A DNA stretch of 7,493 nucleotides from Octopus sinensis (taxonomy: Eukaryota): NCBI RefSeq assembly GCF_006345805.1, contig NW_021828853.1, positions 1 to 7,493 on the forward strand, read 5' to 3'. The notes beneath the pieces are model-generated. The model was given only the letters and a program-made list of their open reading frames with translations, was not told where the DNA came from and made no database searches. Shown in pieces: positions 1-7,493 of the stretch (positions are counted from its first letter, which is position 1; each line of letters begins with the position of its first letter). Made by a program: the position numbers and the translations under genes.

Positions 1-980
1 TGCACTGAGAATGAACGAATGTTATTGTTTAGATTCATTTAAATAAATTATTCTCTAGATATTATATAATTTCTGGGGAAAGATACTTTTAGCCAGAAAA
101 TTATGGATACAAAGAAAAGAAGAGCGTCTTGCGAATTTTAACCTTGATAATTCATTTTTCTTAGGGCTTCAATCTATGATCCAACATAAAACTAAGGTAG
201 ATAATTATGGAACTTACTGGAAAGGTGTTGCTAAATTGTAATTATTTGTATGCTGGAAAGAAAATTTAAGCCTTCTATGACAATATTTTATAATTAATTT
301 CTTTAAATTATTAAAGGATCTAGAATGATTTACTAACAAAATATTTACTAAAATATTTATTGGTATTAAGCTGATGTTTGGAACATAATTAACCAAAAGT
401 TGCATAAAAATGATGAGTTTTAATTTGTATATAAACACTTTAAAACAAGCAGTTTTTTTTATTAATGAACTTTGAACATTCTTCTGTAGGTTGGTTCTCA
501 AAAGGATCGTATTTTTGATATGAATTCAACAATAGGTAAGGAGGAAGTCAAATTTTTTTTTAAAGTTATGATAGTTTATAGATAGACTAATTCGTAAAAC
601 ATCTAATTTAACAGCAAGTGGTGACCTTAGTCACTCGAGTCACACTCTAATAGTTTCTTCTAGCAAGAATGTAACCGTGAATATATTAAATTTCTGAGTG
701 AACAGCCAAGATATAAACTGGTACAGAAGTAACTTATATTTCCATATAGAGATAGTAAGTTTTAAAGACTCTTTATAATGGATATAAAAACAAAAGTCAG
801 TGGGTTAAGAAGACAAGTAAATAAAAGATTTTCAGTGAAGTTGATAAAAACAAAAATAGATTTTTCTTAATGTTTCATACCAAACAAAACCGTTTTGATC
901 AATCATTATTTCAACACAATATTTACTGACAAATTGCTGTTATTGGACAAGGGAATAGAAGGAAGGAAAAAAAGAAGACA

Positions 981-1013
981 CAGATAGATAAATGGATGGA
1001 TGGATGGTGGATG
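981..1013. repeat. Short (GATA)/(GGAT) microsatellite
   Basis: cagatagataaatggatggatggatggtggatg. Confidence 0.7.
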
Positions 1014-1079
1014 AGTAAAAGATAGTGACATTAAAAGATTAGTTTCCAGTCCTCCTTACATGAAATATCAAATTCTTGC

Positions 1080-1300
1080 TTTTTTTTTTTTTGCTTTTTT
1101 TTTCAAGTAAATTCAATTAATTTGACTCTAGTCTAATACTGGTACTTTATTTTATCAACCTTCAAGAAAGGGTGAAAGGCAAAGTTGGCCCTGGTGGGAA
1201 TTCAGATTTCAAACTTTGAACAATATTAGTGATGGAGCAAACAAATTTACAGTAAAGCATCTAGTCCCAGTGCTCTCCTCTCTAAAAGCTGTCTATACCA
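1080..1300 (-). mobile_element. Old, diverged copy of the tRNA-derived SINE found at 5976-6407, with possible A-rich tail (1080-1103)
   Basis: actggtactttattttatcaacc..gggtgaaaggcaaagttggccctggtgggaattc aligns by eye to actggtacttaatttatcgacc..gatgaaagccaaagtcgacctcggtggaatttg (6048-6110), with CpGs decayed. Boundaries approximate. Confidence 0.75.
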
Positions 1301-1589
1301 CTTTCTTTAAACATGAAATATTGACATGCTGTAAAAATATACAATGAAGAAATCTTTTAAGATTTTTCATTAACAAAAAAAAAAAAAAATTGAAATTTTT
1401 TCTCCTGTAAAAGTGAAAAAAAAAAAGAAATTATTGCATAAAAAAACAATTATAGTCTTAGAAATGAAAATCCAAGAGTAAAAGAGGCAATTATGGTTTA
1501 TGGGAAGCATCAAGAATAGTTGGGAAAATAACTAACTAACAAACAAAATAGAATAAATTGCACCACCTCATACTGAAACCTTTCTCCTA

Positions 1590-2733
1590 TCAGCCTTGTT
1601 CAAGAGGCAAATTTTTATCTACAGAAATTACATTTGAAACTAATCCATCTTGTTTAGAGAATGGATAAGGAGTGTATGTTGTAAACCTGGTAGGAACACC
1701 TTTTCTTCCAACCAGAGATTCATTGACGATGTTCTCTTGCTTCGGTTTTTTGAGACTTTCATCGAGGTAATCGTAACTGCATTCCTTAGCACCTTTACAT
1801 TTTCTGAGTTTTTCTAAATTGGCATGGAGCTGTTGCAGCACACCATAATTTATTTCATGAATGCTGTTCTTCAACTGATATGGGTCTTCCAGCATGTTAT
1901 AATAACTGATAAAGCCAGTGATGAATTCACAGTAGAGGAAGTTGTGAGTCTCATTAACTGTACGAATACACCAGTACGTGTTGTTATTGGCATTGGAACA
2001 GAAACAAAATGGGCCATAAGTCCAAAAGGGAGGCGTTTTCCAGTGGTCGTTATCCATGATACTACATTCCATACCATCTTTTTTACAAGATATCCCATGA
2101 AGCTGAGAGAGATATTCAGTTGAACGTATCCGATGCCGTGGCTTAAACTTTGATGGAAAGTTCCAGTAAGGTGGGGTTTTCCAGTGATCGTTGTCATGTG
2201 TAAAACATTTCATGTTCGGAACACGGCATTCATGTTTACTGTCTTTCCGGTTACGCTTAAACTTACGCTTAAATTTACGCTTCAATATCTTCTTGCGATA
2301 CCGTGGACGCTTCCATGGTAGAATTGGTTGATTTGTACTAAACAAAGTGTTAAATTTTGGTGTAGTTAACTTCCTGTTAGCCGTGTTGATACCTGTTTGT
2401 GTCCTGCTACAGTCACAGGCCGCTCCATTCCCAACTCTGTCGTAGCTTCCAGTGCTAGGATAGAACATGCGGTCGACAGGAACTGGGGGTGCTACTGTTT
2501 CAGAAGGTTTCTGTTTTTTCAAATGTTTACGAATATCCTTTAAATTTTTAATTGTCAATTGATATTTTTGAATTAAAGAATCAAGATGGTCTTTGTGGTT
2601 TTTCCAGATATCTATTTCCTCATATAACACAGGATCACAAACAATGGTGTTGTTTGCCAGAACTCTGCACATTTGCTGCTGCTTTTGATAGGGAAAATCA
2701 ATTTGTAAAGAGTCCTCTGTAGAAAAATCAGGT
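1590..2733 (-). CDS. Sulf1: Extracellular sulfatase Sulf-1/Sulf-2 homolog, C-terminal portion (second half of hydrophilic domain plus C-terminal domain); 5'-partial, catalytic domain not in window
   Basis: Translation has Sulf-family signatures: CRVLANNTIVCDPVLY..WKNHKDHLD..IKNLKDIRKHLKKQKP (hydrophilic-domain coiled coil), CDC, a basic K/R cluster, CFTHDNDHWKTPPYW, GPFCFCSNANNNTYWCIRTVNETHNFLYCEFITGF..Y..DPYQL..LQQLHANL..LRKCKG..C. Ends in tandem stops TGA (1592-1590) and TAG (1589-1587). The track start at 2771 is spurious because it lies in the LINE. The true 5' edge is either a candidate splice acceptor (tttttctacAG, exon starting at 2716, phase 1) or the LINE junction at ~2733. Could be a retrocopy rather than a functional exon. 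Confidence 0.93.
2251..2286. repeat. 3 x 12-bp coding tandem repeat (LKRK-FKRK-FKRN) in the Sulf basic cluster
   Basis: ttacgcttaaac ttacgcttaaat ttacgcttcaat. Confidence 0.85.
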
Positions 2734-3335
2734 ACAAGCCACTTCAGTGCTTGAAAATGACCACATCTCACTCCTCTGGAACTTCACCATTCAAACTGAC
2801 AGAAAGATAGATGCAAATAGGCCAGACATCATAGTAAAAGACTCCAGACAAAACATGCCTCCTCATTGATATGACTGTCCCAATCGATATAAACGTATCT
2901 GTGAAGACCTACAAAAACTGAGCAAATATAAAGATCTTGAATAGAAATCAGCAAAATGTGGAACCTGAAGACTAAAACAATACCTGTTGTCATAGGTGCC
3001 CTGGGAATGATAGCAAAAGGGGCTGATTGCTACCTAACTCTCAGATACCAGGAACCCCAAAATGGCAGAATTCAAAAGATAGTGCTCATGGGAACTGCCC
3101 ATATCCTACACAAAATACTTTCTATGTAATCTCAAGTTTTAAAACAAACACATATTTTCTTATGGTTCTTAAACATTCTCTAGAACAACACTATGTACAA
3201 AACCAAATATATGGCACCCTAGGCCATAACACCAACATGAACTTCCAACTTGTCTCTTGAGGTCTCTGGGTGAGACTTGGAGCCAACTTGTACAAATGTA
3301 AAGCAAAAGTCAAATATAAAATAATAAAATAATAA
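2734..3335 (+). mobile_element. 5'-truncated, frameshifted non-LTR retrotransposon, R4/Dong-like clade (REL endonuclease C-terminus, 3' UTR, TAA-rich tail)
   Basis: Joining frames gives VLENDHISLLWNFTIQTDRKIDANRPDIIVKD../CLLIDMTVPIDINVSVKTY../LSKYKDLE/IEISKMWNLKTKTIPVVIGALGMI../QIPGTPKMAE/QKIVLMGTAHILHKILSM* (stop 3127-3129). This is the RPD..D PD-(D/E)xK-type nuclease and PVVIGALG motif typical of R4-clade elements. Ends in aaatataaaataataaaataataa (3312-3335). Confidence 0.88.
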
Positions 3336-3336
3336 C

Positions 3337-3404
3337 ATATATGTATGTATGTATGCATGCATGCAGCAATAAGTGGAAACACATACATATATATACATAT
3401 ATAT
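3337..3404. repeat. (TATG)/(TA) microsatellite patch
   Basis: atatatgtatgtatgtatgcatgcatgc ... acatacatatatatacatatatat. Confidence 0.7.
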
Positions 3405-3483
3405 GACAGGCTTCTTTCAGTTTCCGTCTACCAAATCCACTCACAAGGCTTTGGTCAGCCCGAGGCTATAGTAGAAGAGACTT
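3403..3483 (-). mobile_element. Fragment of microsatellite-containing SINE family (same family as 5494-5900, opposite orientation)
   Basis: Reverse complement ccaaagccttgtgagtggatttggtagacggaaactgaaagaagcctgtcatat matches 5494-5550 ccaaggacttgtgaatgagtttggaagatggaaactgaaagaaaccgtcgtagatat. Confidence 0.8.
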
Positions 3484-3637
3484 AGCTGGGTTACATTGTT
3501 TACACACACGGCAGGAATATCAGGTACAAACACTCCTGCATGGAGTCTTGATTTTCAATATTCAATTAAAATTGTTTGGGTGTGCGGAACTAGCAAGGTG
3601 CCTCAATTTAAGTACCAAATTCAACTGAATCTTAATA

Positions 3638-3666
3638 TCACACACACACACACACACACACACACA
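3638..3666. repeat. (CA)n microsatellite
   Basis: Perfect CA run, ~14 units. Confidence 0.95.
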
Positions 3667-3851
3667 TTATTGTGTCTGGGGGGAATCATTCTCTTTTAGT
3701 GCCTTATTACTCGACTCACTCACCGGTTCGACTTCCATTCATTCAACGAAAATTTTAGGAAAAATAAATAAGTAAATGAGTGGAAATCGAACCGGTGAAT
3801 GTGCTAAGTAACAAGGCACTCAAAGAGAACGACTCTCCCCAGACACAATAA
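3667..3851. repeat. Foldback / MITE-like inverted repeat: 77-bp arms (3667-3743, 3775-3851), 31-bp spacer
   Basis: Manual ungapped alignment of the left arm with the reverse complement of the right arm: 65/77 identical; the outer 15 bp (ttattgtgtctgggg / ccccagacacaataa) are perfect. Confidence 0.9.
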
Positions 3852-3908
3852 ACATGCTTCAACACACAAATTCACATAAAGAATCTTGCAAACCAAATCC
3901 CAAAACGA

Positions 3909-3911
<3 letters not shown>

Positions 3912-3954
<43 letters not shown>

Positions 3955-3970
3955 AATATATATATATATA
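3912..3970. repeat. (TA)n microsatellite
   Basis: Near-perfect TA run. Confidence 0.95.
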
Positions 3971-4170
3971 ACAGCGGGAAGGTTTACGAAAAACAAAAGA
4001 CGAGGCAGGTGGAGTACAAACAAACAAATGTATTAGTATGGCGCTCAGGAATAGAAAAAGAACAAGTGTTTTACATTTCGAGCCTATGCTCTTCGACGGA
4101 AAGATACACAGAAAAAAACCAGGAGAGAAACAAGGAGAGAAAAAATGCGTGTAGGAGCAAACGATCTATC
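3971..4170 (-). mobile_element. Probable Penelope-like element terminal-repeat fragment with degenerate hammerhead motif (4099-4066)
   Basis: Complex island between TA microsatellites. Minus strand reads tcttt-CCGTCGA-A-GAGC-atag-GCTC-GAAA-t-GTA-aaaca, resembling the minimal hammerhead layout of Penelope-like elements. Confidence 0.5.
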
Positions 4171-4261
4171 ATATATAGATATATAAACACACACATACAT
4201 ACATACACATGTTCATATATACATACATTCTTACATAGAAATGCATAACACCAAACATCTG

Positions 4262-4510
4262 ATGTCATCATCGTCGTCGTCGTCTCATTTACTCTGCTTC
4301 GTGATCTTCCTGTTTTCTTGGTCGCACAACCTCCTCCTCCTCCTCCTCTCACGTCACTCCCTCCTCTTCTGCCCCCCCCATTTTCTCTCTCCCAGTCCTG
4401 TTTCATTCTCCTCCCTATTCTCACCACCTCTTACTACCCCTTGCACCTGGAACTACGATCACGATTCATATCATATCACTCTCTCATGTCACACCCCCAC
4501 CATCTCCCTC
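4262..4510. repeat. Pyrimidine-rich low-complexity tract ((TCA),(TCG),(CCT) repeats)
   Basis: tcatcatcgtcgtcgtcgtc, cctcctcctcctcctc, C/T-rich throughout. Confidence 0.65.
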
Positions 4511-4546
4511 TGTGTACCCACATGCGCACGTGCACAGACACATTTC

Positions 4547-4628
4547 TATATATAGTATGTATATATATATATACACACACAATATTCACATATATATATA
4601 TAACACACACACACATATACACATATTC

Positions 4629-4661
<33 letters not shown>

Positions 4662-4957
4662 TATACACACACACACCACAACATATACACATATTATAAC
4701 ATATATATATATATTATACACACACACACACATATACACATTCATTATATATATCTATATATACACACACACACACATATTCATATATATATATTACACA
4801 CATATACACATATTCATATATATATATACACACACACACACATATACACATATTCATATATATATATATACACACACACATATACACATATTCATATATA
4901 TATATACACACACACATATACACATATTCATATATATATATACACACACACATATTC

Positions 4958-4990
<33 letters not shown>

Positions 4991-5022
4991 TATACACATA
5001 TTCATACATACATATATACATA
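4547..5022. repeat. Compound (TA)n/(CA)n array with higher-order ~30-36 bp unit
   Basis: Unit (TA)n(CA)n-TATACACATATTCA recurs several times between ~4760 and 5005. Confidence 0.92.
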
Positions 5023-5286
5023 TGTGTATTTGTGGGTGTGTTACTGTTTCTACACATACCATGTGCAATGATGTCATTTGTTGATGATCTGCGTTGTCAA
5101 TGTCGCGAATCTCAGGGTGTAGATATTGTGTATATAAGTGCAAAGAAGGTGGTATGGATGTATGGGTGTGTACACATACACACACACTGCTGTTGTTTAA
5201 TCACATGTTCATCCTTCCGATGAAATTGTCTTAGAGCGAAAGCATTCGACTATCCCATTTTGTTTCATTTTTTAAGAGATATTGCC

Positions 5287-5460
5287 TATGTATGTATATA
5301 TGTATGTATGTATATATGTATGTATGTATATGTGTATATATGTATGATTTGTATGTATGTATGTATGTATGTATGTATGTATGTATGTATGTATGTATGT
5401 ATGTATGAATTTATGTATGAATGAATGTATGTATAGGCATGTATATATTGTATATATGTG
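5287..5460. repeat. (TATG)n tetranucleotide microsatellite
   Basis: Long gtat/tatg run with variants. Confidence 0.93.
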
Positions 5461-5478
5461 TTTAATAGAGAGGTAAGG

Positions 5479-5493
5479 CATCATCATCATCAT
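5479..5493. repeat. (CAT)5
   Basis: catcatcatcatcat. Confidence 0.85.
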
Positions 5494-5900
5494 CCAAGGA
5501 CTTGTGAATGAGTTTGGAAGATGGAAACTGAAAGAAACCGTCGTAGATATATGTATGTATGTATGTGTGTATGTATGTATGTATGTATGTATGTATGTAT
5601 GTATGTATGTATGTATTATGTATGTATGTTTATGTATATATGTGTGTGTTTATATATATATGTATATATACTTATATACATGTGTGCGTGTGTCTGTCCC
5701 ACCATTGCTTGACAACCAGTGTTGGTGTGTTTACCATAACCCGTAACCTAGCAGTTCGGCAAAAGAGATCGATAGAATAAGTACCAGTCTTAAAGGAAAC
5801 GAAAAAATAAGTACAGAGTTCGATTCATTCGACTAAAAATTCTTCGAGGTGCTGCTCCAGCATGGCCACAGTCTAATGACTGAAACGGGTGTAAAGACAG
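5494..5900 (+). mobile_element. 5'-truncated SINE with internal (TATG)/(TG) microsatellite (~5547-5692)
   Basis: The 5' part matches the inverted copy at 3403-3483. The 3' part (gattcattcgactaaaaattcttcgaggtgctgctccagcatggccacagtctaatgactgaaac) matches the inverted copy at 7374-7470. Resembles an abundant octopus SINE as I recall it. Confidence 0.8.
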
Positions 5901-5975
5901 AAGACGCCTGGAGCAGGTAGAGAGGGGAAGAGATAAATAGAAAGAGGGAGGAGGAAGATACATTTTCCAATATTC

Positions 5976-6407
5976 TTTTCTACTCTAGGCACAAGTCCCG
6001 AAATTTTGGGGGAGGTGTCCAGGCGATTAGATCGACCCTAGTACACAACTGGTACTTAATTTATCGACCCCGAAAAGATGAAAGCCAAAGTCGACCTCGG
6101 TGGAATTTGAACTCAGAACGTAAAGACTGACGAAATACTGCTAAGTATTTCGCCCGGGCATGCTAACGTTTCTTATTTCTTTACTGCCCAGAAGGGGCTA
6201 AACATAGAGTGGACAAACAAGGACAGACAAAGGGATTAAGTTGATTACATTGACCTCAGTGCATAACTGGTACTTAATGTATCGACCCCGAAAGGATGAA
6301 AGGCAAAGTCGACTTCGGTGGAATTTGAACTCAGAACGTAGCGGCAGACGAAATACCGCTAAGCATTTCGCCCGGCGTGCTAACGTTTCTGCCAGCTCGC
6401 CGCCTTC
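5976..6407 (-). mobile_element. Dimeric tRNA-derived SINE flanked by a 17-bp target-site duplication
   Basis: Two homologous monomers (6407-~6174 and ~6173-5976) share ~150 bp but have different 3' tails. Minus-strand head ggcggcgagcTGGCagaaacgttag (A-box-like) and gaGTTCAAATtcc (B-box-like). TSD tacattttccaatattc at 5959-5975 and 6408-6424. Confidence 0.9.
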
Positions 6408-6438
6408 TACATTTTCCAATATTCACACCAAGATTTCT

Positions 6439-6474
6439 ATGTGTGTGAGGGCGTGCGTGTGTGTGTGTGTGTAT
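6439..6474. repeat. (TG)n microsatellite
   Basis: tgtgtgtgagggcgtgcgtgtgtgtgtgtgtgta. Confidence 0.8.
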
Positions 6475-6716
6475 ACATAAGTATGTAAGTGTGTACTAGT
6501 GTTTGGTATTGAGTTGTGCGCTTGTGCGCGCGCACATGTCTTTCAACTTGCGCACAAAAGGGAAAAATAAAATGTGCGCGCGCTAGATAATTTTTCCCGT
6601 TGAAGGTCATTATTCGCATGGCTGCACAAATACTTTACAAAGAACAACTCAGTCTTAAATTTAAGTAAATTTCTGTGCTTATTCATAGCAAATATTTGGA
6701 GAATAGTTTTATTTGT

Positions 6717-7021
6717 ACACACACACACACACACATACCCGGACACACTCACACACACTCACACATATGCACACATATGCATATGCATTCACACATACAT
6801 ACACATGTACTCATACACACACTCTCACATCCACCCAGACACACACACACACACACACACACGCACATACACATGCCCATACGCGCGCACACACTCACAC
6901 ATATACACACATAGGCACATGCATTCACACACACACACACACGTAAACATATACATCTACATTCTCTCCTTCTCTCTCTCTCTCGCACACACACACACAT
7001 ACGCACACTCACATACGCACA

Positions 7022-7062
<41 letters not shown>
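6717..7062. repeat. Long imperfect (CA)n array with (CT)n patch
   Basis: CA runs interrupted by CATA/CACT/CGCA; (CT)n at ~6963-6984. Confidence 0.93.
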
Positions 7063-7065
<3 letters not shown>

Positions 7066-7373
7066 ACTACCCGTCACCCATTCACCCAGGCATTCCCCGT
7101 ATTTACTTAGAAGCATCAACCTGAAAACACTCTCTTAATCTCGATATCCGGTTCAAACCCACACATTTCCACTCAGTTCACAAAATAAACACAACCAACA
7201 CAACCAACCTTTTTGTGTTTCGTTTGTCATGAAGCAACGCCACCACTTCCTCACTCCGCCTCCTTTGTCACGCAACCGATCCTTCTTCCTTTATTGCGTA
7301 CTTTGAAATATTTTCATTATTTTCCTACCTGTTTCACTTTAGGTGCGACTTATACACTTATCATTTTCTTCTA

Positions 7374-7470
7374 TTTTTCGCTTGTTCTAGTCATTGAACT
7401 GCGCCCACGCTGGGGCACCGTCTAGAAGTGTTTACAGTTGAATAAATTAACTCTAGTCCTTATGCTTTAG
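7374..7470 (-). mobile_element. Diverged 3' end of the SINE family at 5494-5900, inverted
   Basis: ttctagtcattgaactgcgcccacgctggggcaccgtctagaag resembles the reverse complement of cttcgaggtgctgctccagcatggccacagtctaatgactgaaac (5842-5886). Confidence 0.7.
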
Positions 7471-7493
7471 AGTTTTACTTTTCTTTTCAGTTT

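Larger units (their letters stand above)
1..1589 (-). other. Putative Sulf 3' UTR / downstream region
   Basis: Very AT-rich, no credible ORF, directly follows the stop codon. Candidate minus-strand AATAAA signals (plus-strand tttatt) at 1146-1151, 458-463 and 356-361. Actual 3' end unknown. Confidence 0.55.

Noticed and set aside
214-501. 95-aa minus-strand ORF
   Set aside because: AT-rich composition, non-ATG start, no domain signature.
621-634. gtgac-ctta-gtcac hairpin
   Set aside because: 5-bp stem, expected by chance.
1080-1103. T-run as the poly(A) tail of a Sulf retrocopy
   Set aside because: Interrupted, sits at the 3' end of a SINE copy, similar homopolymers are common nearby, and no TSD is seen; not usable as retrocopy evidence.
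1824-2197. Overlapping ORFs 1824-2123(+) and 1871-2197(-)
   Set aside because: Antisense and alternate-frame shadows of the Sulf CDS with no recognisable motifs.
2734-2771. N-terminal MRCGHFQALKWL of the 393-aa ORF as a real start
   Set aside because: Non-ATG start lying in the antisense strand of the LINE; no signal peptide or catalytic domain.
3027-3260. 77-aa ORF as an independent gene
   Set aside because: Frameshifted piece of the LINE ORF end and its 3' UTR.
4760-5005. CRISPR-like repeat-spacer array
   Set aside because: The 'spacers' are just dinucleotide runs and the context is eukaryotic.
4318-5223. 301-aa ORF and other Y/I/H/T/C/V/M-rich ORFs (3854-7110)
   Set aside because: Translations of stop-poor microsatellites or SINE sequence.
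6310-6404. tRNA gene
   Set aside because: Pol III box-like motifs but no cloverleaf; it is a SINE head.

Overview
AT-rich, microsatellite-dense eukaryotic genomic DNA. The tRNA-derived SINE families and (TA)/(CA)/(TATG) arrays strongly resemble a coleoid cephalopod (Octopus-like) genome. Left part: the C-terminal ~375 codons of an extracellular heparan-sulfate 6-O-endosulfatase (Sulf1/Sulf2 family) on the minus strand, as one uninterrupted block, followed by a long AT-rich putative 3' UTR containing an old SINE. Unusually, the block carries two diverged tandem copies of the 'C-x6-C-xxx-DNDHWKTPPxW' module. It abuts, head-to-head at ~2733, a 5'-truncated, frameshifted R4/Dong-type non-LTR retrotransposon (restriction-enzyme-like endonuclease end plus TAA tail). 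The rest is repeat-rich non-coding DNA: a 77-bp-arm foldback element, a Penelope-like fragment with a degenerate minimal hammerhead motif, several SINEs (including a dimeric SINE with a perfect 17-bp target-site duplication) and compound microsatellites. Most other ORFs in the track are microsatellite or antisense artefacts.
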